Shown here: in pieces, positions 56,085 to 64,000 of the stretch
Position numbering within the stretch: the first letter of the stretch is position 1
Layout: every line of letters begins with the position of its first letter
Origin: an uncultured Candidatus Saccharibacteria bacterium
GTDB lineage: Bacteria; Patescibacteriota; Saccharimonadia; Saccharimonadales; JAGQNJ01
Reading direction: 5' to 3'
DNA length: 64,000 nt
Assembly: GCA_964565615.1 (NCBI GenBank)
Contig: CAZMFO010000003.1
Span: 2,197-66,196 of the forward strand
The notes under the pieces: generated by a model
Seen by the model: the letters and a program-made list of their open reading frames with translations, nothing else
What the model was told of the DNA's origin: nothing
The model's database searches: none
Program-made: the position numbers and the translations under genes

Positions 56085-56864
56085 ATGCCTAAGAAGGAAG
56101 CATCAGCACGACTTAAAATCAACCATCTCCTAGAAGAAGCAGGTTGGCGATTAGTTGATACGCAAGACCAAAAAGCAAATGTTCAAGTTGAAAGTCACAT
56201 CAAGCTTGACGTAGTTGGTGATGATTTTGAAAACCAGCCTAACGGTTTTATTGACTACCTACTGCTCGATGACGACAAAAAACCAATCGCCGTACTAGAG
56301 GCCAAGCGTGAGTCAATAGGCCCACTGAGCGCTAAAGAACAAGCCAGAAACTACGCTAACAGCGTACATGCTCGTTACATAATCCTAAGTAATGGCAATG
56401 TGCATTACTTGTGGGACACCAAAGAGGGCAACCCAGAACCAATTTCGAAGTTTCCGACCCTTCAATCATTAACAGAGTCGGCAGAAGTCACCAAAGACCC
56501 CTCGGCCATTGCACTTGAGCAGGTTGATCACGACTACATCGCCAAAACGCAAATACCAAACTACAAAGATAACGCAAGCTATCAGGCTGGTGGCGACGAA
56601 AGAGCTAGATTCATTCGTACTAACCATTTGGTTTTCCTAAGAAACTATCAAGTCGATGCTATACACGCAATCCAAAAATCTGCCGAGCAAGGCAAAAAAC
56701 GCTATCTACTAGAAATGGCCACTGGCACAGGCAAGACCATGACTTGCGCCGCTATCGTTAAACTGTTTCTGAGAACCGGCAACGCTAAACGAGCGCTGTT
56801 TCTAGTTGATAGAATTGAGCTTGAAATGCAAGCAATGGCAAATTTTGAATATTGGGCTAATTAG
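56085..56864 (+). pseudogene. truncated type I restriction R-subunit (HsdR)-like gene: N-terminal nuclease domain + start of helicase only
   Basis: HSDR_N-like region (EARLKINHLLEEAGW, LLDDDKKPIAVLEAKRE), then Q-motif/Walker A (LEMATGTGKT). The frame ends about 35 aa later, whereas a full HsdR is several-fold longer. Confidence 0.65.
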
Positions 56865-56877
56865 CTACAATAGAATT

Positions 56878-57702
56878 ATGGGTAAGCAAAGTAAAAGTAC
56901 TTCTAGTTCTACTAAATTAAATAACCTAATATCGTTAGCCGGAAAATGTGCCCTGATAACGGGAGCAGGGGCGGGGATGGGGCAAGCAATTGCCTTAAGA
57001 TTTGCAGAGGCAGGAGCAAAACTGTTGTTAATAGATGTTGACCCTAAGTCACTCCAAGAAACCGAACAGCTTTTAGCTGATGGTCAACACGGCTCGTATG
57101 TTTTTGATCTTGCCGACAAAACTGCTATTGATGGGTTTTGGCATAATCTGCCAGACTCAAAACTACCAGATATCTTAATAAACAACGCTGGCATATTCCC
57201 AATGCAAGAGTTTACAGATATAGACGCTGACTTTTTGCAAAATGTTATGGATGTTAATTTTAGCTCTGTCTTTTGGATGAGCCAGCACTTTATAAAAAGA
57301 CACCTCCAAAACAAAAATGGAGGGGTAATAGTCAACATTAGCTCTATAGAGGCCAGCGTGGCATTTAAGAGCGATATGGCTCATTATGCCAGTAGCAAAG
57401 CAGGAGTTTTAGCCCTAACCAGAGCCCTAGCTAAAGATTATGGCAAAGATGGGTTTCGAATAAATGCTCTTATGCCCGGAGGAGTAAACACGCCCGGGAC
57501 AAAGAAACTATTTAAGCAAGCCTTGCGCAAAGTTGATCTTAGTCTTTTTAAGACGGGGTACGACTTTAAGCAAAGGCTATCTTTGGGGAGAATTGGTGAG
57601 CCAGACGATATCGCTCGCGCCACACTGTTTTTAGCCAGCGACCTCTCTAGCTATGTGCACGGAGCCTGCCTGCCAGTTGATGGTGGCTTTTTATCATCTT
57701 AA
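56878..57702 (+). CDS. SDR-family oxidoreductase
   Basis: ITGAGAGMGQAIA (TGxxxGxG), NNAG and YASSKAG (YxxxK). The ATG at 56878 is preferred over the tracked 56806 start, which overlaps the HsdR fragment. Confidence 0.9.
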   Translation: MGKQSKSTSSSTKLNNLISLAGKCALITGAGAGMGQAIALRFAEAGAKLLLIDVDPKSLQETEQLLADGQHGSYVFDLADKTAIDGFWHNLPDSKLPDILINNAGIFPMQEFTDIDADFLQNVMDVNFSSVFWMSQHFIKRHLQNKNGGVIVNISSIEASVAFKSDMAHYASSKAGVLALTRALAKDYGKDGFRINALMPGGVNTPGTKKLFKQALRKVDLSLFKTGYDFKQRLSLGRIGEPDDIARATLFLASDLSSYVHGACLPVDGGFLSS

Positions 57703-57786
57703 GTCAAGGGGCAATACTGGCAAAAAGTACAGAATTCGTTTAGCATAAGTGGCTTACCGTGCTATCATTGCAATATAAGGCAATAA

Positions 57787-58671
57787 ATGAACCCAAATCA
57801 AGAAAACAATAACCCTAGTGGTCCAACATCAAACAATACTAATCCCGTCAGTTTACCGCCACCGCCACCTCGTCCACCTACGCCACTGACCAATGCAAAT
57901 TTTGGCATCCCAACTACCACTCCTCAAGATTCTATTCCGCCCCTTAACCCGCCTAAGGAATCAAAAAAATCCAATAAAATCATACTAATTACTCTGATAA
58001 TAATTAGCGTCCTGTCTTTTTTGATTATGGCAATTGTTATGATAATTTTAGTTTCCAGAGGAGTATCTAAAACGACAATCTCTTCGGGTGATTCAAGAAC
58101 TTCCAGTATGCAAACACCGCCAAATACATCCCCAGACTCTTCAAGTGGCCCTAAAGATATTGGATGGATGCCCCCACAAACCATTGACTCCAAATGGTCA
58201 ACCGTCAGCTCCACTCCAGATGCAGAGAGGGCTTATAAATACGGGCAGACCTCTTGCACGGTATTGTTTACCCAACCGGCAGGAATAAAAAGAGCAGGGG
58301 TTACTAATGCTAATCAAGTCATAAGTAAGTACGCAAAAGATATTCTTTCGGCAGTCAACCAGCAAGATGCAACATTTCAGCTTAGCGACGACCCAAACCC
58401 ACCAAAGTTTCGTCAACTAGTTAATGCTCCTTCAAATACCAGCACAACAGATATAGCCGGAATAGTCACAGATACGAACACAGCAAATCTAAAGTTTACA
58501 ACACAAATTGCAAAATACCCGAATATTGCTATGACCGCCAAGATATCGGCCACAATTAAAGATGACTATGCACTCATAAATGTAATTCTTTGTAAAGATA
58601 GTGAATACGCCACTAACTTGCCCGCCACAACAGCTTTTGTAGAGCAATTTACTGCCGTTAATAATCTATAA
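57787..58671 (+). CDS. proline-rich, membrane-anchored extracellular protein, unknown function
   Basis: 294 aa with a P/N-rich N-terminus, one TM helix (IILITLIIISVLSFLIMAIVMIILV) and an extracellular domain. Confidence 0.55.
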   Translation: MNPNQENNNPSGPTSNNTNPVSLPPPPPRPPTPLTNANFGIPTTTPQDSIPPLNPPKESKKSNKIILITLIIISVLSFLIMAIVMIILVSRGVSKTTISSGDSRTSSMQTPPNTSPDSSSGPKDIGWMPPQTIDSKWSTVSSTPDAERAYKYGQTSCTVLFTQPAGIKRAGVTNANQVISKYAKDILSAVNQQDATFQLSDDPNPPKFRQLVNAPSNTSTTDIAGIVTDTNTANLKFTTQIAKYPNIAMTAKISATIKDDYALINVILCKDSEYATNLPATTAFVEQFTAVNNL

Positions 58672-58724
58672 AGTAAACCAAAAAAGCTATATTTTCGTAC
58701 AAAAAAACCATATAGCCTCTGTAA

Positions 58725-58751
58725 TTAGCACTCTTGACTTGCGAGTGCTAA
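58725..58751 (+). promoter_or_regulatory. CIRCE operator (HrcA binding site), perfect consensus, overlapping the hsp20 promoter
   Basis: TTAGCACTC-N9-GAGTGCTAA. The spacer contains TTGACT (-35, 58734-58739). TACACT (-10) lies at 58757-58762 after 17 nt. Confidence 0.85.
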
Positions 58752-58818
58752 TTTACTACACTTGAAGTAGGAGTAAAAACTCCAGATTATCAATAACATA
58801 ATGTAATAGAAAGGGGTT

Positions 58819-59256
58819 ATGTTTATGAGCAACCTAACAAAATGGGATCCTTTTGCAGAACTATCTGCTTTGCAAAAGCAATTTTTTGGTGACGATTGGA
58901 TGTCACCTCTAAAAGGGGTGAATATTCCAACAACCGATGTTTACACCAAAGATAACAATTTGGTTGTGGAGGCGCATTTGCCAAATTTTGAACAAAATGA
59001 CATTAATGTTCAAATAGAAAACGGCACACTTATTATCAGCGCCCAACGGCACGAGAAGGAAGAAGATAAATCTAAAAACTATGTGGTCCGCGAAAGCTCA
59101 ACCAGCTTTTATCGGCAAATAGCTTTACCAAAAAGGGCAAATGCCGACAAAATAGATGCTCATCTTGATGATGGGGTTCTTAAAGTGCAGGTGCCCTTAA
59201 CGCCACTACCAGAGCCCAAAAAGATAGCTGTTACTTCTAAGCCAAAAAAGAAGTAG
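58819..59256 (+). CDS. Hsp20/alpha-crystallin family small heat-shock protein
   Basis: Alpha-crystallin domain (DVYTKDNNLVVEAHLPNF...GTLIISAQR...FYRQIALP...DGVLKVQVP). Confidence 0.9.
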   Translation: MFMSNLTKWDPFAELSALQKQFFGDDWMSPLKGVNIPTTDVYTKDNNLVVEAHLPNFEQNDINVQIENGTLIISAQRHEKEEDKSKNYVVRESSTSFYRQIALPKRANADKIDAHLDDGVLKVQVPLTPLPEPKKIAVTSKPKKK

Positions 59257-59268
59257 TAGCCCACAACT

Positions 59269-59304
59269 AGAGCCGAGACCAACCCGTGTCTTGGCTCTTC
59301 TTTA
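59269..59304 (+). terminator. rho-independent terminator after hsp20
   Basis: AGAGCCGAGAC / GTCTTGGCTCT stem (one G-U pair) followed by TCTTT. Confidence 0.55.
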
Positions 59305-59325
59305 TAAAAAAGTAAAGGATAATAA

Positions 59326-59586
59326 ATGAAGCCAGTTATCATCGATGTTCGTGAACCGGAAGAATTTGCCAAAGGTCATATCAAAAATGCTATCAACATT
59401 CCTCCTTCGGAGCTTATGAACGGATCGGATCTTATCAATAAACTAGATAAAGACACGCCGTTGGTTCTCTATTGTGTTAGTGGTAGCCGTTCCAATGTAG
59501 CCATTGGACTCTTGCGACAACAGGGTTTTACAAATTTGACTAACGGCATCAATGCCGACCATGTCAATAAAAATTATGCACTTTAA
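59326..59586 (+). CDS. single-domain rhodanese-like sulfurtransferase
   Basis: 86 aa with active-site loop YCVSGSRS and the typical IIDVREPEEFAKGHI N-terminus. Confidence 0.85.
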   Translation: MKPVIIDVREPEEFAKGHIKNAINIPPSELMNGSDLINKLDKDTPLVLYCVSGSRSNVAIGLLRQQGFTNLTNGINADHVNKNYAL

Positions 59587-59636
59587 GTGTCGTAACAAAA
59601 AACTAGATATTACTAGCCAGCTTTTTCAACTAGTGC

Positions 59637-60161
59637 TTAATCTTGGGGAACAATTCGGCCACAGGCTAATCTAGGGCCACCACTTATGCCGGAGCCACTT
59701 TCTCCGGGGGAGTAGGGGTCGGGGTTAGCGTGTACCATAATAGATGTACCTTCTTTTGGCTGGAGAATAGAAACAGGCCCATCAGACAAAGTAATTCTTG
59801 TGGTAATTGCTTCTAGTGTGCCACGACCTTTGTCGTCAATTGTAATACTTGGCAAATCGCCAGCGTGGTAACCATGATTAGCGTCTGGATCAGAGTTGCC
59901 AGAAGGGCCCGGGTCAAAATGACCACCAGCACACTTAAAGCCATCACAGGCACAATCGCCCTTTTCGTGAATATGAACAGCGTGCCTACCAGCTATTAAG
60001 ATAGATGGGTCGCCCTTAAGACTAAGCGAGATATGGACATACTTCCAGCCATCAACATCGTACTCGGTAAGGTCTAAACGGCCAGTTATTTTATCTCCAC
60101 CTAAATCTGCAAAAGCCTTCTTTGTTACTTTGGCGTCATCTGCGTCTAATCGTACCTTCAT
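59637..60161 (-). CDS. sodC: Cu/Zn superoxide dismutase family protein
   Basis: Metal-ligand pattern HAVHIHEKGDC...GGHFDP...HAGDLP...MVHANPD. No obvious signal peptide. Confidence 0.8.
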   Translation of the reverse strand: MKVRLDADDAKVTKKAFADLGGDKITGRLDLTEYDVDGWKYVHISLSLKGDPSILIAGRHAVHIHEKGDCACDGFKCAGGHFDPGPSGNSDPDANHGYHAGDLPSITIDDKGRGTLEAITTRITLSDGPVSILQPKEGTSIMVHANPDPYSPGESGSGISGGPRLACGRIVPQD

Positions 60162-60564
60162 TACTCCTCCTTGTTTACTGTTTATAAATCTATTATATCG
60201 TTTTAATTAAAAGAAATAGGGAGAAATCTGCGTCCAAAACTATCCAAACATCTATAATCAATCAACTTATGCTATTAAATCGCAGACAAAACTACGACAG
60301 ACAAGTCAATCCGCTTTAGCTATACTAGAAGATAGTTATGTGAGTACTGGCGTTCCTTTAACTCACAGACTTTATTATTACTTGGTCACTAAACTGTTGT
60401 CACTGGTGAGCCTACATATTTATTGTTTCTTGTAACGAGCAAGCTAAAAATGAGCGGTTAGCTATGTTCTACCAAGCAACTCATTGCAAAATCCGCTCTA
60501 CTCATAATAGCTGGCTAGGCTATTCCCTGACACTCTTAAAATTTTATCAACAAAGGAGCTCTTT

Positions 60565-60804
60565 ATGACAACAATCAATCAATCTATAGATGTAAATTCT
60601 TATTATTTTGCTGGCGACAAACAGCTACGATCGTTCCCCAAAACTATTCAATACCAAAATTATCGGCATACTTTTACTGATGGTATTAGGTATCTGGTAA
60701 TTAAGGGGGCAACAACCTTTAAATTATTTGATATGACAGATGGCAAAACGATTTACCGAATTCGTCAGGACGGAGACAATTGGACACTCGTCAGCACAAA
60801 ATAA
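60565..60804 (+). CDS. hypothetical small protein
   Basis: 79-aa ORF with an AAAGGAG RBS 7 nt upstream. Confidence 0.5.
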   Translation: MTTINQSIDVNSYYFAGDKQLRSFPKTIQYQNYRHTFTDGIRYLVIKGATTFKLFDMTDGKTIYRIRQDGDNWTLVSTK

Positions 60805-60824
60805 CGACAGGTACGATATTAGGA

Positions 60825-61295
60825 CTATTGGTGATGGTAGGGGTGTTGATGTAATATACAATGCGTTCTATAAAGTTGTTCTAGTAAAATCAAACGCACC
60901 AACTGGTGAGGAAAAACTAACTTAGACAAGCTCCAAACATAGTTGGCCCTGTCTTTTAAATCATCACTAACTCCGTAAGCACCACCGATAATAAAAACTA
61001 CTTGTTTGTACTGACTATTACTCATTATTTGTCGCCAAACAACAGAAAACTGACTATTATCCGATAGCTGTCCGGTGTTATCTAGCAAGATCACGAAATC
61101 ATCTTTTTTTAGATATTGAAGAAGTCGCCCAGACTCTTCGCTTCGTACAGTAGCCTGTTCGCCAAAACCCGACGGTATTATTTGCCAGCTAATTTTGTAT
61201 CCGCTTTTTAGCAATCTAGACTGGTAATCAGCAATAGCAGAGGATAAATCAATGCTATGTTTTTTACCAACACAGATAATTTTAAAGTTCATCAT
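60825..61295 (-). CDS. rlmH: 23S rRNA (pseudouridine1915-N3)-methyltransferase (SPOUT)
   Basis: About 155 aa, N-terminal FKIICVGKK, C-terminal GGAYGVSDDL...LSKLVFPHQLVRLILLEQLYR...HPYH. Confidence 0.85.
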   Translation of the reverse strand: MMNFKIICVGKKHSIDLSSAIADYQSRLLKSGYKISWQIIPSGFGEQATVRSEESGRLLQYLKKDDFVILLDNTGQLSDNSQFSVVWRQIMSNSQYKQVVFIIGGAYGVSDDLKDRANYVWSLSKLVFPHQLVRLILLEQLYRTHCILHQHPYHHQ

Positions 61296-62512
61296 TGGTA
61301 CCGCAAGGCATCTATTGGATCTTTGCGTGATGCCCGATAAGCTGGAGCAATACCAAAAATAATCCCCACCGAAACGGCCACACCAACAGCAACACCGGCT
61401 ATTTTAAAATCTATTGCAGGTTCTAGATTGGTGGTCATACGAATTGCGTAGTTTAACACCAACGATACCAAAACACCAATAATGCTACCCACAATGGTTA
61501 AAATCACAGCTTCTGTAAGAAATTGTCGCAATATCTGCCGATTTGTTGCCCCAATAGCTTTACGAATACCGATTTCTCTTGTTCTTTCGGTTACCGAAAC
61601 AAGCATAATGTTCATAATTCCAATGCCTCCAACAAACAAAGAAATGCCGGCAACACCAGCAATCATTGCCGTTATTAACCCCAAAGTATAGGATGTCTCG
61701 TCAATAGATTGTTCTTGATTAAAAATTGTAAAGTCCTCTTGCTGATCATGCGAAGTCTTAAGGGCTTCGTGAATGCGCTCTGTAACTAGAGACAAATCGT
61801 CTACATTTGTTGGTTTTGCAAATATCTGAAACACCTGTGCATTGCCCTCGCTCAAAGTTTTGCCCGTCGCATAGGGCACAAAGACAGCATTGTTGTAATC
61901 GCCTCCGGGCGTTACAGGATTATTCTCAAACTCCTCAAACACTCCTCGTACAATAAACTCCTCACCCCTTAGCTGAAAAGACTTACCAATAGGTACATTT
62001 TCTTTAAATAGTTCTTGTGCGGTTGTTTGCCCAAGTACCGCTACATTACGACCTTCCTCACCCACAGTAAAAAAAGATCCGTACTGTACTTTGTGGCTAA
62101 TAAGCTCTGGCAAATTGTAGCTTGTTCCGATAACTAAACCATTGTTAAATTCTTGATCGTTGTAGCGAGGCACTGCACTGACCATACTTAGTGGGGCAAC
62201 TCCTCCAACCCCTTCGGTCTTTTCAACAATCTTAACATCTTTGTCTGTCAATGTGGCGCTAACTGTAGCAAATAAATTAATTCGTAATATACCATTTTGG
62301 TCTCTGTTGAATGTCCTGCCGGGCTTGATTGTTATTAAATCGCTACCAAATTGACTAAGCTGTTTACTAACTTGTTGCTTAACGCCCTCGCCGAGAGACA
62401 CGGTTACAATTACCGAAGCTACGCCAATAATGATCCCTAACATAGTCAAAAAACTTCGCCATTTAGCAGTTTTTATTGAGTGCCAAGCTAGTTTTGTGTC
62501 GCCACTCATCAT
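61292..62512 (-). CDS. MacB/FtsX-type ABC transporter permease (second copy)
   Basis: TM1, a large extracytoplasmic domain and an FtsX bundle (TERTREIGIRKAIGATNRQI, DPIDALRYQ). Confidence 0.85.
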   Translation of the reverse strand: MMSGDTKLAWHSIKTAKWRSFLTMLGIIIGVASVIVTVSLGEGVKQQVSKQLSQFGSDLITIKPGRTFNRDQNGILRINLFATVSATLTDKDVKIVEKTEGVGGVAPLSMVSAVPRYNDQEFNNGLVIGTSYNLPELISHKVQYGSFFTVGEEGRNVAVLGQTTAQELFKENVPIGKSFQLRGEEFIVRGVFEEFENNPVTPGGDYNNAVFVPYATGKTLSEGNAQVFQIFAKPTNVDDLSLVTERIHEALKTSHDQQEDFTIFNQEQSIDETSYTLGLITAMIAGVAGISLFVGGIGIMNIMLVSVTERTREIGIRKAIGATNRQILRQFLTEAVILTIVGSIIGVLVSLVLNYAIRMTTNLEPAIDFKIAGVAVGVAVSVGIIFGIAPAYRASRKDPIDALRYQ

Positions 62513-63369
62513 TTTGCACGACTCCGTTTTTTGCGATGTTTTCTTGCTTTTTTATCTCGTTGTTTGGTTATACCCAAACTATCAGGAATTGTTTGCATCA
62601 ATGCCGAAACCCCAGCCAAATCGTCCTCTTCTGTCGTTTTTGGAGCAAAATACAAAGCCCGCCTTATGGCCTGCGGAACATCACCAATAGCACTTTTTTC
62701 ATCATGAATAATCACTCCGTCGTGCATATAAATCACCCTGTTGGCATATCGTGTCAGCTCTGGATTATGTGTTACCAAAAGCACAGTGTTGCCAGAAGCA
62801 TGGATTTCACTTAATAGTTCCATAACTACTCTACTAGACAAACTGTCTAGGTTGCCCGTTGGTTCATCAGCAATTAAAATGCTCGGATTATTAACTAACG
62901 CTCTTGCAATGGCAACTCGTTGGATCTGCCCACCACTTAACTGTTTAGGATAAAAAGCCTCTTTGTCGCTTAAACCAACACGCTCCATAATTTCGGCAGA
63001 TCGTTTTAGCCGACGAACAGGTGTCATACCCTTGTAGGCTAGGGGGAGGGCGACATTTTCTATGGCTGTTAATTTTGGCAGTAAATTAAAAGATTGAAAA
63101 ATAAAACCAATGTTATCACGACGCAATTTGGCGCGTTGGTTAGTGCGGAGCTTGGCAACCGAACGACCGTTCAGCTTATAAGATCCACTAGTTGGATGAT
63201 CAAGTAAACCAACAATGTTCATCAGCGTTGATTTGCCAGAGCCACTTGGACCCATAATGGCGATAAACTCGCCCTTTTCAACAACAAAATCCACCTCGTC
63301 TAAAGCTACTGTAGTAGCGTCACCAAATCCAAATAATTTGCTAACTTCGTTAATTTCTATCAATGACAT
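62509..63369 (-). CDS. ABC transporter ATP-binding protein (MacB-like) with K/R-rich C-terminal tail
   Basis: GPSGSGKST, LSGGQIQR and ILIADEPTGNLD motifs. Tail ...KQRDKKARKHRKKRSRAK. Confidence 0.92.
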   Translation of the reverse strand: MSLIEINEVSKLFGFGDATTVALDEVDFVVEKGEFIAIMGPSGSGKSTLMNIVGLLDHPTSGSYKLNGRSVAKLRTNQRAKLRRDNIGFIFQSFNLLPKLTAIENVALPLAYKGMTPVRRLKRSAEIMERVGLSDKEAFYPKQLSGGQIQRVAIARALVNNPSILIADEPTGNLDSLSSRVVMELLSEIHASGNTVLLVTHNPELTRYANRVIYMHDGVIIHDEKSAIGDVPQAIRRALYFAPKTTEEDDLAGVSALMQTIPDSLGITKQRDKKARKHRKKRSRAK

Positions 63370-63456
63370 TACTCCTAGTGTACGATGTTAACAAAAGCTG
63401 TCGCAAGAGGTAATGCTAATTTTAATGTAGTAATTTTTAAGTTATAATAAATCTGG

Positions 63457-63526
63457 TTACGGAGGGGTGCAGGAGTGGTTGAACTGGCACGCATGGAAAG
63501 CGTGTGTGCAGGAAACTGTAACGAGG
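63457..63526 (+). pseudogene. truncated copy of the tRNA-Ser 5' part (acceptor-5', D arm, anticodon arm, variable arm; no T arm)
   Basis: 70 nt identical to 63647-63716 except for 3 substitutions (A/C at 63493, 63513 and 63521 versus the full gene). It diverges exactly where the T arm should start. Confidence 0.75.
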
Positions 63527-63650
63527 TGAGAAATGCCTGTGACATTTAGCAAGAAAACCTTCTCTTGAAAACTTGTTTTCAAAGATGAAGTTTTGGGCCC
63601 GCCGAAGGTGGGTCGAATCCCGGATTCGAACCGAGTATAATATAGATTAC

Positions 63651-63740
63651 GGAGGGGTGCAGGAGTGGTTGAACTGGCACGCCTGGAAAGCGTGTGTGCA
63701 GGCAACTGTACCGAGGGTTCGAATCCCTCTCCCTCCGCCA
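63651..63740 (+). tRNA. tRNA-Ser (anticodon GGA), class II, CCA encoded
   Basis: Acceptor GGAGGGG/TCCCTCC, anticodon arm CACGC-CTGGAAA-GCGTG, long variable arm, T arm GAGGG-TTCGAAT-CCCTC, discriminator G, CCA. Confidence 0.88.
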
Positions 63741-63884
63741 ATTTACAATTTCAGCGTTTTTGAGGGTTATTGCCTCGCCCTCGCTACGCTCGGGCTCGGC
63801 TTCCGCCGTGATTTTGAAAGGAAATTTGAAATCCAAAAACAATTTCTGACCGCTCAAACGGAAGTTCGAACCAATCTTTTTTAG

Positions 63885-63914
63885 AAAATCCCGACCCTGT
63901 TCGGGATTTTCTTG
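63885..63914 (+). terminator. rho-independent terminator
   Basis: AAAATCCCGA-CCCTGT-TCGGGATTTT followed by CTTG, 145 nt downstream of tRNA-Ser. Confidence 0.55.
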
Positions 63915-64000
63915 CAAAGCGATAATTTCGGCTTGTTTTACGGTATTTATGAATCGGGCGGCGAGTTCGAACCGATTATTGCTTTTTTGCTCAAAAGCCG

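Noticed and set aside
63457-63917. ORFs 63457-63741 (-), 63573-63884 (+) and 63579-63917 (-).
   Set aside because: They overlap tRNA-Ser, its 5' duplicate and a terminator. The GFEPS/ERDSNPR-type peptides are the usual artefact of translating tRNA T-arms.

Overview
The window looks like a streamlined, low-GC bacterial chromosome, probably a CPR/Saccharibacteria-like organism. That placement is inferred from gene content and style, not from a search. Genes are tightly packed with many 1-14 nt overlaps, many secreted or membrane-anchored proteins carry long low-complexity regions, and both tRNA genes encode their CCA ends.

Core content:
- A complete F1Fo ATP synthase operon (19.2-26.1 kb, minus strand) with one extra small ORF between atpA and atpG.
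- smpB, rlmH, an aquaporin, TerC, a UvrD/AddA-like helicase-nuclease and two MacB/FtsX-type ABC pairs.
- A cell-envelope glycan cluster (GH5, GT-LicD fusion, LicC-like nucleotidyltransferase, GT2, clan GH-A hydrolase).
- A ~1,850-2,003 aa discoidin/FN3 surface protein translationally coupled to one ABC pair.

Accessory content:
1. A 3.88-kb integrative element sits in the 3' end of tRNA-Asn (39036-42922). It carries a large serine recombinase and a NUDIX-HIT-SGNH operon, and it contains an exact inverted internal copy of its own predicted attP. This is the most unusual feature of the window.
2. A defence/mobile-remnant stretch (about 50.5-56.9 kb) holds a GmrSD-like DUF262/DUF1524 gene with DUF2779, RadC, a class II Fic-HTH protein and a truncated HsdR.
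3. A NarK-like MFS transporter lies next to a cytochrome b-molybdopterin oxidoreductase fusion.
4. A stress cluster holds a perfect CIRCE operator on hsp20, plus rhodanese and Cu/Zn SOD genes.
5. tRNA-Ser(GGA) is preceded by a 70-nt degenerate copy of its own 5' part.

I saw no rRNA genes and no CRISPR array. All functional calls come from motifs read by eye in the supplied translations. No database search was run.
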